Source: Vicugna vicugna (Eukaryota). Taken from it: a stretch of 64,000 nucleotides of DNA. The stretch spans positions 981,062-1,045,061 of the forward strand of contig MU057809.1 of NCBI GenBank assembly GCA_013265495.1, read 5' to 3'. The notes beneath the pieces were generated by a model. The model was not told the origin of the DNA and searched no databases. It saw only the letters and a list, made by a program, of their open reading frames with translations. Every line of letters starts with the position of its first letter. Within the stretch, counting starts at the first letter, position 1. Positions 22,176 through 33,529 of the stretch are shown here, one piece after another. The position numbers and the translations under genes were made by a program.

Positions 22176-25100
22176 CAAGGCGGTGCGATGAGCCATCGCC
22201 ACCGTTCTAATTTTTAATTTAAGTAATTAAATGAGAAGTAGAGAGAAAATGCAAGAACATCTACGGCCACCCAACAGCCTTGGTTCAGGCAGAACGAGGC
22301 GGGAGCCTCAGAGGGGCTGGTCCCCCGTGACTGCAGGGGGTGTCGTGTCGCTCCCGCTCCCAGCCGGCAGGATGAGGCCCAAGTTCAGGCCCACACTCGG
22401 TGCTGGTCTCAGGCTGCCCCACCCACGGGAGAGGAGCCCCCAGGAGCAGACGCCCGGGGCACGAGGGGACCTCCAGGGGCTGAGACTATTCTAAATCCTG
22501 ACAGGGCGCAGGGCGCACAGGTGCACACCTAGGTGAAAAATCGGAGCACCCGTGTACAACCTCCCTGTCTCTTCTACTTAAAAAAGTTCAAGGAATATTT
22601 CCAGCTATTTGAAAACTGCCACTTACAGTCTAAGCAGTGTCCGACTCACGCCGCTCCCATGAGCTGAGAGCTAACAGGTGGCTGTGGCTGGCCACCGACC
22701 CGTGATGGCGAGGCTGGAGGCTGACCCTCAGCCCTCTCTCGGATGGCGGCTAACCGTGCTGTCGTCTCCAGCAAGGCTGCCAGACACGACTCGAGGCCTC
22801 ACGTGTGCTCTGTGGGGGACTCCTGATGGAACAGTTCCCCTCGCAGAGGCCATCTGAGCTGTGCCCGACTGTCGTTTTCTCGAAGAGTCTTAATGGGTTT
22901 TGGTTTCCGAGAGCCCCTTCCTGGTGAGCAGACTGCTCTGTGAGAGCTGACCTGGCAAGGTCCCGGGGCGCGCACGGCCCCTAACCTCCCACCACCGACA
23001 CCCCCGGCCCTGGGAGGGTCCAGGGTCGCGCCCCACACAGTAGCTGGCACCTGGGACAGCTGAGTTTTTTGGCAGAGCCGTCTGGTGAGATGAGCAGCGC
23101 TCCTGGCACCAGGAGGTGGTGGAGCCAGCTGGTGACAAAGGCCGCTCAGTTACAGAAGTGTGAGATAGTCTGGGAGCAGAGGACTGGAAAGAAGATATGC
23201 AGAGTGGAATAATCACTTGGCTTCACAAAAACCAAATTGATTTGGAAACAATTTGGGAAATGCTTCAGCCGCCACTGAAGCGCCCGGCAGGAGAGGAGCT
23301 AGGCCAGTTCTTTGGCCCAAACCAGAGAATTTACTGAGAATTGAAGTCACCCCAGTACCTTCTCCTATCTGATGAATATGATTAAAAATGCATTTCATCT
23401 GGCAAGTGTGTGTCAGGAGCCTGACAGGCCTTGGTTATAATTACCCAGCAGGGCTGGGAAGCATCCTGGTCCCCAGGTGCCAGTCAGAGAGTTGAAGGCT
23501 GCTGGCCACCGCTCGGACGGTTCAGGGCAGCCCCCAGCGCTCTCACTCTGCCCTGCTGTCTTGATCGATGCTCCTGGGCCAGCCGTGTCCTCCAGGGCAG
23601 CGGGGCGTGTGGGGACCCTGTCCCCTCCAGACTTTGCTGTCCCCACGGGGCCTTTTCCTCGCCAGCGCCACAGGCCTCCATCACCGAGAGCCACGGTGAC
23701 TGGCCTGTTGTCCAGGCAGCTGCCCAGAGGGGGTGGGCCTGTCAGGGTGCCGTGGTGGGCACAAGTGTTTTCTCTCGTGGGCTGCGGACCCTTGTGGGTG
23801 AGGTCGCAGGGCTCCTCTCCCCAGCTGCACCCCGTCCTCCCACGGTCTGGCCCCCTCAGCTGCCCCCCCTCCCCCATCGCGGTGGTGCTGCTCCTGAACA
23901 CCTCTGTCCACAGCCCGCTGCCCCCGCTCTGTGCTCCCACCCCAGCCCCACCGCCCTTCTCTCTCCTCCTGGAGCTGCCTGCGCCCATGTCCACTGCAGC
24001 GGGAAGAGTCTGTCACAGGCAGCTGGTGCCACCCCGTCTTCTGGGCTTGCTCGCAGGATGAAGCCCACAGGACTCCAGGCCTCCAGGCCGGCTCCCTGTC
24101 GGTCCTGCCAGCTGTCCTTTCCTGGCCCCCAGCCTCTCTGTGTGAATTTCTGTGTCCCCGGTAACTGAACGAGGCGCCCCCGGCCATGCTCCCAGAGCCC
24201 CTTCTGTGTGTTCTGCAGCCCCTTCCAAAACCCCCCATCGCCCGTGTCAGTCTCCCACCACGTCGTACACACGGACAGGGCAGGGGTGCGTTCTCCTCGG
24301 GGTTCCGACCGGGGACCTGGGCCCCACTCGCAGCAGCACAGGGCGAGCTCCTGCCACAGCGGCTGTCAGCCCGTGTCCTGCCCGAATGGACGGCTCCTGG
24401 TGGCACGAGCTATGGCCGCCCCAAGGGAGGGAGCGTCAGTGGGTGGGGTGGGGCCCCGAAGCAGGGGTCTGGACTTCCTGATCCTGGCCCCGTGCCCTTT
24501 CCTGAAACGCGGTCCCGGGCCTGCCTTTGTGGAGCCTGCGTCGTTACTCAAGTGAACTGCTTTCTTACAGAGCCTCCTTCTTCGTTCACCGTTCGTTTGA
24601 CACACGGCAATAGCTCATCAGCTGATCTGCCCGGTGGCGTGAGGTTGGGGTGATTTATTTCGAGGTCCGTGGTTTCTAATGAAGCCCCAACCGGAGGCGG
24701 CCCAAATAGCTGCTGCCCCGCCCGGCCCCACACACCACCCGCACGGGGCGGTGATGCAGCCAGTGCTGCCACGAGACGGCGTCACCACCTCCGTGCAGCA
24801 GTGAGTGACTTGCTAAACCTGTGTGTTTGAAACCGTGAGTGGCAGTAGCAGGCGGTCCTTGGGCGCCGTCCCGGGCCTCCTCACACCTGGGTGCTCAGAG
24901 CAGAGCTGTGCCTGGCATCCGTTCACTGCCACCCCTCGTCCCGCCCCTCACCCCTCCTGACAGCCCTGTGTGGGACCGGGCGCGCCTGCGTGAGCGCTCA
25001 GCGGGGTGAGGGTCCACCCTGCCCTGTGTCTCTGCTGCTTCTCCCATGTGCCCGTGTCTGACTGCCTGGGCCTTCATTTATTTCAAATTCAAAAAACTTG

Positions 25101-25855
25101 AAGCTGCTCACTTCATAGTCCTCATTTTAATTTGCATCTGGGCTCAGTGAACTGGGAGCCTGTGTGAGTTGCTTTTTTGTAGGAGTTCTGGGTCAGTGGA
25201 TCACCCTTCAAGTCCTTTCTTACGTGCGCCTTACTCTCATTAATGCACTCCATCTTCGCGGCTCCAGGATTCCATCAGAGGGCGCGTCCCCCACTTCCCA
25301 GATGAGGAGCCCGAGGGGGTGACTTCGCGACCGTCCAGCTGGAAGGCAGGGCTCCCCCTGCCTGGCCGGGCCGCGCTGTGCGAACACAGGAAGGGAACAC
25401 AGCAGCTCCGTTCTTTCTTCCAGGGACTGGCTGACGGCTGCTGGCTTTCCTCGTCTGCAGAACCACGACTGTCAGAGGGCAGAGGGACAGTAGGCTGGGT
25501 GCTAATTGGCCACTTCCAAGAAGCTGAGTGCTGGCTTGCCTTTAAATAGACGCTTTCAGCTGACTTCTCAGGTAATCTGTTTTACTGAGATTTTAAGTCT
25601 GGACAAGTGTCAAGACTCTCTCGATATTATCTCCTTAGTGTATTTTAAGAGCTGCCAGTAAGAGGCCCCGGGAAACCACTGGATAGGAACCAAGGCAGGC
25701 ACTCAACCCGGTGTTAGGACAGTGTCTGGAGGACTCGCGTGGCCCAGCGTCGGGGCTTCTGAGGAAGCCTCTCGTCTGAGCAAGAGGGCCAGCAGTTAAT
25801 CAGCTACACGCTCAGAAACCTCAAGCTGTCTCTTCGCCAATTAGGAACCGCTTAC

Positions 25856-25972
25856 CTTGGAGGGGATTTGTCACCAGGCTGAGTTAGCCAGGCCTGTCCC
25901 TCAGTGCACTTGGACAGGCGAGAACTCATGAATATGCAGAAGTTACTTAAAACTTTGTGTCAGAACTTTGCC
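25856..25972 (-). other. Candidate cryptic MAD1L1 exon (117 nt)
   Basis: Acceptor gatgccctgtgttctcag|G and donor CCAAG|gtaagc. The ATG at 25929 is open to the donor (MSSRLSKCTEGQAWLTQPGDKSPP-S, phase 2). No transcript evidence is available. Confidence 0.3.
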
Positions 25973-27199
25973 CTGAGAACACAGGGCATCCAGTGAACTG
26001 ACTTGGGGAGGGCGCCATCACCCGCTGGCTCCGCGCACGGCCCAGCCAGGAGGTGGTCGGCTGTCATCCCCTCCCCTGCCTGTCCCGCCTCTATAGTTGT
26101 GAGGAGTGCCGAGCCCACGTCTGCCTGTCTGTGTGCCTCCTGGTGGCTCACAGCTCTGCACACCTGGGCACTGAGTCAGCTGTGGGCGGTCACCTGGGTC
26201 ATGGCCCCGGTCTCTTTCCGAGGTTGACTGGTGCCCGCTCCTCTCACCTGCCATCCTTCCCCCGTCTCCTCGCTGGGCCCCACCTGGGTTCAGGCCTCTT
26301 GCGGCACCTGTAGCTGGGGCAGTGGGCACCTTCATTTTGGCTCCCGGTGGTGAGAGCCTCTGCTTCCAGCCCAGAGGTGGCGGCCAGGCCCGGCTGCCGG
26401 CTGCATCCCCAGGTCTCCCGGCTCTCAGAGCCAGGGTTGGGCTGCTTCTCCCCCCAAGCCACGAGCGCAGCCAGGGGCTCTCCGCGTCCATCTGTGCCTT
26501 AATGGAGGGCCGTGCAGGGGCACTGGCTTTCTTGAAGTCACTTAAAAGCTTTTGCCAGAGAATCAGAGGGTGCTGACTACTGGAGGCTTATTTATTCATT
26601 TCTGGGCGTGGATGGTAAACAGCCTGCTCCTTGGCTCAGCAGGAGCAGATGGGGAGCGTTCGCCTGATTGATTCCTTACCTGCAGGGACACACGCCTGGA
26701 GGGAACCTATCAATTTGGCACGTCCTGCCAAAACCACTCTGAAATAAGCTTAATTGCCTCCAGACCAGCTTTCCAGCACCAAGTGTTCCCGTAAATCTCC
26801 TCCTGGACTTGTCGCTCAGCTCAGCCCTCCTCTCCGAGGGCTGGAGTCTCTCTCCAGGGTGTGTCCTCGGAGGAGCTGGGCTTTGCCTCTGGCCCAGCTC
26901 ACTCCCAGGACGCCAGGTGGGCAAGGTAGCCGCCCTGCTCGCAGAGAGGAAGCCCAGGTGAGCAGAGGGTGTGGCGCCTCTTCCAGCGGCTGGAAATTGG
27001 TGTCAGCCCCGGTCACAGACAGACCAGGGGCCAAACCAGCCGGTCCCCAACTCTCCGCTCTGCTCTGCCGCCTGACTGCAAGTGCAGTCTGGTCGGTTGG
27101 CTGCTGGTGTCCCGGAGCCTCTGTGCTGGATTTGTTGCTGAATTTTTCACCCCCAAGCTGGCACAGCCTCACGCTTCCCTGGGGTGGTGCTGGCAGACG

Positions 27200-28685
27200 G
27201 GGCTGGGGTGGCAGGGCCGCCTGCCTCGTGTTACATGCTGGTGGCGGACATTCCAGGAGTGCTCATCCACAGGAGTCTTCCTGGAGGCTGACTTCTTGAT
27301 CGGATCATCAGCACCAAGACCCAGCCCCAGCCACCAGCCTGTGGGGAAGCTGCAGGCCAAACAGCACACGGTGGGAGCACAGCCCCGCCCACCAGCAGGC
27401 CTCCGAGCCACAGAGGCCTCTCGGCACGGCGGGCTCTGCCAGCCAGCGGTCCAGGACCAAGCTCCTCCTGGCAGTGGGCAGGCTCCGGCTCCTCCCGCCA
27501 GGAAGCCTGCATGAGCCTCTAGCCCAGCCTCACCCACCAGGGGCAGATGCCAGAAACAAGAAAACAATGGGGGGGTGGGGGCAGGTAGAGCTCAGTGGCA
27601 GAGCCCACGCCTGTAGGCGTGACATTCCGGGTTCAGTCCCCAGTGCCTCCATTTAAAAAAAGGAAATACATTTTAAAAACCTAATTACCTCCCCACCCAA
27701 AATAAAACGAACAAGTGAAAAATCATTTAAAAAAAAGAAAACAACAATCCCAAAGCCCGTGAAAGGAGCCCACAAGCACGCAGAAGGACGGAGACGCGAG
27801 GCGGCCGAGGACTATCGCCAGGGCAAGGCGCAAGAGAACACCCCAGAAGAAGAGACAGGTGACGAGAGGACAGGCAGCTTCTGAGCAAGAGTTTCCAGTA
27901 ACGACGGCGAAGACTCAGGACGTCCGGAGAACTCAGGACGAGCACAGGCGCCGGAGCGAAGATTTTAGCAACAGCCGGCAAACATAAAGAACACCCAGAG
28001 CGGAAGGACACGATCGCTGGAGTGAACGACACACTAGAAGGAACCGAGAATGGGCCAAACGAGGCGGAAGAACGGATCAGTGAGCTAGAAGACAGATCAG
28101 CGGAAATCACTACTGCAGAAAGAAAAAAGAAGAGAGAATGAAAAGAGATGAGCATAGTTCTAGAGGACTCTGGGACAACACGAAGCGCACTAAGATTCGC
28201 ATTACAGGGTCCCAGGAAGAGGAGAGAGAGGGAGGACCTGAGAAAACTTTTGGAGAGATGATCACTGAGAAATTCCCCAACCTGGGAAAGGGAACAGTCA
28301 CCCAAGTCCTGGAAGCACAGAGAGGACCACACAGGATCAGCCCACAGGGGGACACGCTGAGGCACACAGTCGTCAAATTGACAACAATTAAGGACAAGGG
28401 GAAAATATTAAAATTAGCAAGACAAAAGCAACACATAACATACAAAGGAGCTCCCATGAGGTCATCAGCTGATTTTTCAGCAGAAACTCTGCAGGCCAGA
28501 AGGGAGCGGCTGGACATATTTAAAGTGATGACAGGGGGAAACTTACAACCAAGAACGCTGTCCAGCAAGGCTCTCTCTTGTTCAGAGCTGATGGAGAAAT
28601 CAAAAGCTTCGCAGACAAGCAAAAGCTAAAAGAATTCAGCACCACCAAACCAGCCTTACAACAAATGTTAAAGGGCCTTCTCTAG
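27200..28685 (+). mobile_element. LINE-1 (laurasiatherian/cetartiodactyl type) 5'UTR plus decayed ORF1, interrupted by a SINE
   Basis: 5'UTR motifs (gcaccaagacc, ccaggaagcctgca, gcctcacccaccaggggcagatgccagaaacaag) are followed by ORF1p sequence: LWDNTKRTKIRITG...EKFPNLGK...LKLARQKQHITYKG...ADFSAETLQARRE. After a frameshift it continues GEIKSFADKQKLKEFSTTKPALQQMLKGLL with a stop at 28683-28685. Confidence 0.93.
27569..27734 (+). mobile_element. Camelid tRNA-derived SINE (Vic-1-like) with target-site duplication
   Basis: G-rich head, A-box-like GAGCTCAGTGG, B-box GGGTTCAGTCCC, the CCTAATTACCTCCCC tail motif and an A-rich end. The TSD AAGAAAACAA is at 27558-27567 and 27735-27744. Confidence 0.9.
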
Positions 28686-28737
28686 TCAAAAACTGCAAGA
28701 AAAGAGAACGAAAAGAAGAAAGGAAAAAAAAACAAAA

Positions 28738-29280
28738 GACTGCTTTGGCTGTTCAGGGTCTTCTGTGGCTCCTTATAAATTCCGGGTTGTTTGTTCTAGT
28801 TCTGTGAGGAGTGTCGCAAGTACTTTGACGGGGGTTGCGTTGCATCTGTGGGTTGCTTTGGGCAGCGTGGCCATTGTGATAGTGTTGATTCTTCCAATCC
28901 AAGAGCACAAGAAATCTTTCCATTTCTTTGTGTCATTTTGGTTTTTGGAGTATAGGTAACCTCCTTGGTTAAGTTTATTGGTAGGTATTTTGATGTTCTG
29001 ATGTAATGGAAATGTTTATGCTGGTTATAAAATTCTGGTTTTTGAAGTGAAAAAAAAGTGAAAGAAGGGCCACAAATGGCAAAATATCCTCCTTTCTTAT
29101 GGGTGAGTTGTATTCCATTGTGCACGCGCGTGCGCGCGTGTGTATACACATATACACATATACGCTGCATCTTCATTAACAGCTCCACAATTAATGTGCA
29201 CCCAGGACGCTTCCATATCTTAGCAGTTACAAACAATGTTGCCATTAATAGCAGGGTGTATGCATCTTTTTGAATTATTT
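28738..29280 (-). mobile_element. Two antisense LINE-1 ORF2 fragments in non-collinear order
   Basis: The minus-strand translation contains ATLFVTAKIWKRPGC (ORF2 C-terminus, AALFTIAKTWKQPKC-like), then KYLPINLTKEV (end of the RT domain, KYLGINLTKEV-like). Confidence 0.85.
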
Positions 29281-29419
29281 CTTATTTTGTGGCTGGCTTT
29301 ATTCCTTTGATAACTATGCAATTTTAAAAAGCTAAAGCCCTAAACGCTCTTAGAAACAAAGAATAGTATGTACATGTAAATTTAAATATACACGTGCAGT
29401 AAAAAAAAAAAGAAAGAAA

Positions 29420-29920
29420 TCAGCTATCAAGCCATGAGAGACCAGGAAGAAACTCAGAAGGCATATTACTAAGTGAAAGAAGCCCGTCTGAAAAGGCTAC
29501 AAGCTGCACGATTCCAACCAAGCGACATTCTGGGAAAGGCACAGCTACAGAGACAGCAAAAAGATCGTGGTTCCCAGGCGCTTGGGGAGAGGGAGGGATG
29601 AGCAGATGGGGCACAGGGGAGTTTCGGGGCAGTGGAACTACTCTGTATGACACTACAGCGGTGGCCACACGTCATTATGCACTTGTCAAAGCCTGCACAA
29701 TGCACAAGATCCGGAGCGAGCCCTCGTGTGAACTGTGGACTCTGGTCGATGATAATGTGCCCATGTGGGCTCATCGACTGTACCAGACAGGCCACACTGA
29801 CGAGGGAGGCTGAGGGGAGGGGAGTGTGCATGTGTGGGTGGGGAGGGCTCTGTGCGAACTCTGTATTTCCTTCTCAATTCTGCTGTGAATCTCAAACTGC
29901 TCTAAAAAAATTAAGCCAAT
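29420..29920 (+). mobile_element. L1MB-like 3'UTR with A-rich end
   Basis: gcatattactaagtgaaagaagcc, gacattctgggaaaggca, ctctgtatgacactaca and aactctgtatttccttctcaattctgctgtgaatctcaaactgctctaaaaaaa. Confidence 0.9.
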
Positions 29921-32900
29921 TAATAAAAGAAATCTCCAAAATCTGTCTGATTAACCAGAATCAAACAGACCACATTCTGTGACCACAGTAATTAAAACTG
30001 AAATCAACAATACAAAGAAATTTTTTTAAAACTCAGGAAAAAAAGGGAGTCCTCCACAAAGCACACGTGAGGCCTCTCAGGTCATGTCTGACGGCCTCAC
30101 TGGAGACCACAGAACAGTCAACCTCCATCCGAGAGAGGGCTGAGGGTCAGCCTCCAGCTTTGGCCACCACGGGTCGCTGGCCAGCAGGAGCCCCAGTGCA
30201 GTCACTCTAGTCCACACTCTGGGCCACCAGCCGGGCTGCCTGCAGGCGTCAAAGCCCCTGTGTCCCCTGAACTCCAGAAGCAGCGAGGCGGCTGCTGGGA
30301 TCAGTCCCCAGCCAGCTCCTCCTGGGCCCCGGGAGCAGGAGGACTGCCCAGAACCGCCCAGAAGGAGGTGACTGCTTCGCCCTTGCTCTGTTGAAACCCT
30401 CTCCCTCCCAACCTGATCTCCATCAGACCTCCGTCCACGGCCGGTGGGGTACGTTTTCTGAGGGTAGCAAGGAGGGGAACCAGAAAATGCCAGCGGGCAG
30501 GGTGGCACAGGCACCCTCTCATGGCCTCACCTCTGAAAAGGGTGATGTTCAGAGGGCCCAGGATCACGGGGGAGGGACCAGCCGGCCGGCACAGAGGCGA
30601 CACGGCCACCCCACCCTCCAGCGTCGGGGAGGCAGAGAGGCGGCCCTGCAGGGGTGGAGTTGGTGTGTGGCGAGCAGCACTTTGATGGTCTTCCTAGGCC
30701 TCGAGCTGGGGGACTCAGCCCGACAGCTGGAAAGAGTAGGGGCAGAGAAGGGCGGGACACGCACGGCCTGAGAGGAGCAGTGGGCCTGCCACAGAGCAGG
30801 GCCGTCTGACCGTGGGATCCCGGAACGTGCTTCCACAGGTGTGCAAAGGTCGGGCTTGTGCCTGCAGGACGCATATGCCCTGCTTCCAAAGGGCTCCGTG
30901 AGGCGCCCCTGGACGCCCACTCCTGTCTGGCAACACCCTTCCCCAGCCACTAGCCTCCGCTGCCCTCCGATGACAAGGCTGCTGAGGAGAACCTGTTTCT
31001 CAAGGACAGGTTAACAAAACCCCAGGACATGAAACCCGAGGTGCCTCCTCTCTCTCACCCAAGGAACCCTGAGGGGCTTCCTCAACCCGACACCCCCGGA
31101 GCCCCCCGGTCTGCGCGTGGACGGCCAGGCAGACACACTCAGCCCTGGTAAGAGGAAGCAGACAGCAGACACGCACTGGGGCCAGTGGCCACGGTCGGAA
31201 AAGCAAACAGTTTCGCACACATAGACCCAGCAGCCCCCAGAGAGCCTGCAGGGGCGGCAGGCGCTCACACTGCAGCCCCAGCCCAGCGACAGCCCCCGCC
31301 GGGGTCCTGTCCACAGCCACCACTGTCGGAGGGACAGAGAGGCTGGCCGCGGGGCCAGCAGGGGCTCACAGTGTATCTGCATCTCCAGCCCAACCTCCCA
31401 GAGATGAATGAAGAGAACCTGTCACAGGGAACCCTGAGCCCGGGCTGTCTGGCAGTGGCCCCTCCGTCCCAGAGCAGCTTCCCCTGTCAGCACACGAGCC
31501 TCCTGGGGGCACGCCAGGCTCGCTGCCAGGGCCGGGCTTGGCCAGTCCTGGCCAGGCTCACCTCCCATGCAGCTCAGCCCCACTGGGCACGCCCCGATAG
31601 CATGCCCCCGGCCAGCGATCGGACACACCTGCCCTCTCCCGACCCCGACTCCTGCGGGGGCTCTGAGCCTCCTCTGGGAGCAGGGGTCTGAGTACTGGAC
31701 TAGAGCACAGCAACATGGGGCAGACGGGGCCGGCCCAGCTCTGCGTGCGTCGGGACCCCAGTCCCAGCTGGGACCCCAAGATGCAGCCTCCAACTCTGCC
31801 TGCAAAGCCTAGGTCTTCCCAGACAGGGCGTGGACACGGCGAGGTGCGAGAGCAGCCAGGACGGGGAAAACCAAACACCTGCGACAGCGACAGGCCGGGG
31901 CAAGCCTGCCGCGGCCTCCGGCCACTGCGAGGGGCGCACGCGCAGTAAGTGCAGCGCAGCACCGTGGGGCCGCGCCCACCTGCAAACTCGTTTCTGACGG
32001 TATTTCATACTCGATGATAAATCACACGGAGTCAATGACTAAAACAGCCACGGGCACTTAGCCAGGCCAGGAGACCGCCCCAGCGCCTATCTGGGGCAGC
32101 TCTCCCAGATGCTACCCCAGGCCCCGGGCCGGCCACTGCGTGCTGCCCTCGCAGCCCACCGAGAAGCGGGCCCAGGACCTGCCGCTGCGCCGTGCAGACC
32201 GCACCCAGGGGCTTCCCTCCCGGGCGCCACCGTGTCCTGGGCTGGGGGCGTGCGCCTTGCCAAGATACATCAAGAAGCGGGCATCTCCCAGCCGCAGCTC
32301 CAGCCTCCCGTCCGGCCTCACACAGGAGTGGACCCCGCCAAGGCCGTCCACCGTCAGGCAGGCAACTGAGTGTGCAGAGCTGAGACACTGGAGCCCAAGC
32401 AAGGGGTCCGAGTCTCTGCACGTGAACGGAACGTGCCAGGGAGGAGCCTGGGCATCCCATGGCCACGGTGCACAGGCGGGACCCGGAGTGGGCCGCGTCT
32501 CACCTCTCCGCCGTGGCCCCTGCAGCCAGCCAGCGCTCACGGCAACAGCTCCTCCGGGGCCTGCGAGCCCTGGTCGGGCATTTCAGGAAGGCACCGAGAC
32601 AGCCTCGACTCAAACGCTTAAAAGCAGAAGGACAAGTGTTCTGCGGGCTGGCAAGGCATAATCCCCGCATTTCTCTGGCTTTTATGAGAGGCTAAGTTAA
32701 AAATGGCTTATACGTAATAAAATCTGTTACATTTATGGCAAGAAAATATGGAAAGACAATAAAATTAGCAGAGCACAGGAATGAGAGAATACTAAACACC
32801 CTTGGCTCTCCGACAGGAGCAGAGAAGGAGCAGTCAGGATTGTCAAATTGGAAGGAATTTAAAAGGATTTAAAATTCAAAGTTCCACTTCTCCTCCCCTG

Positions 32901-33529
32901 CCGAGTGCTGTCCCAGGGGACGCTACACAGCAGGAGGCGGCTCCGCTGGTGTCTCTGGGCTCAGGCTCCCAGACAGCGGCCTGGAACACGCCCTCATGCA
33001 CCGGCCAGACCCTGGGTGTGGTCACCGCCGGGGGCTCAGGTGTGCCCCTGCCCCACACCGCACACCCTGGGGGCTTCCTCTAGTGCAGGACGCCAACTCC
33101 TCCCCTTCCCACCTCAGCACCCACCCCCCCAACCCCGGACCCCAGCGCTGATGTCACACGGGCCACGAGGTGCAAGAGAACTTGACAGCTGTCCTCACCT
33201 CAGGCCTCTCTGGTCAAGCGCATCCTCTCTGCTAAGACAGTAACACGACGCAGTCCCTGAAGTCTTGCGGCCCCCACCACACAGGCCCGAGGGGCCTGAC
33301 CACGCACACCTGCAGCCTCAGCTGGAATGGGCGCCCAGCGTGAGCTGGGTGCTGGCAAGGGGGGCGCCCCCGAGAACACAGAGCCGGAGCCCACACGCCC
33401 GACGCAGCGTGGCCGCCCTCGAGCTCTGGCTCGCCCGGAAAACCAGACAGGCCTGGGGCAAGGGACAAATCCACACGTGTTGTCCCAAGACCCTGACTGC
33501 TGGGAGGCCCGTCTCACTTGCTCTGTTTG

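Noticed and set aside
27532-27546. CCACCAGGGGCAG CTCF-like motif in the L1 5'UTR
   Set aside because: One G short of the core spacing, so likely non-functional.
27569-27660. tRNA-like A and B boxes
   Set aside because: This is a SINE head with an A-rich tail and TSD, not a tRNA gene, and no full cloverleaf is evident.
28138-28629. 163-aa ORF with clear L1 ORF1p similarity
   Set aside because: Real homology but a dead copy: the 5' part is disrupted by a SINE, there is a frameshift before the C-terminus, and there is no intact ORF2.
32029-32041. GAGTCA-A-TGACTA inverted motif (IR1 or AP-1-like)
   Set aside because: Both halves deviate from AGGTCA and from TGACTCA, which is too weak to call.
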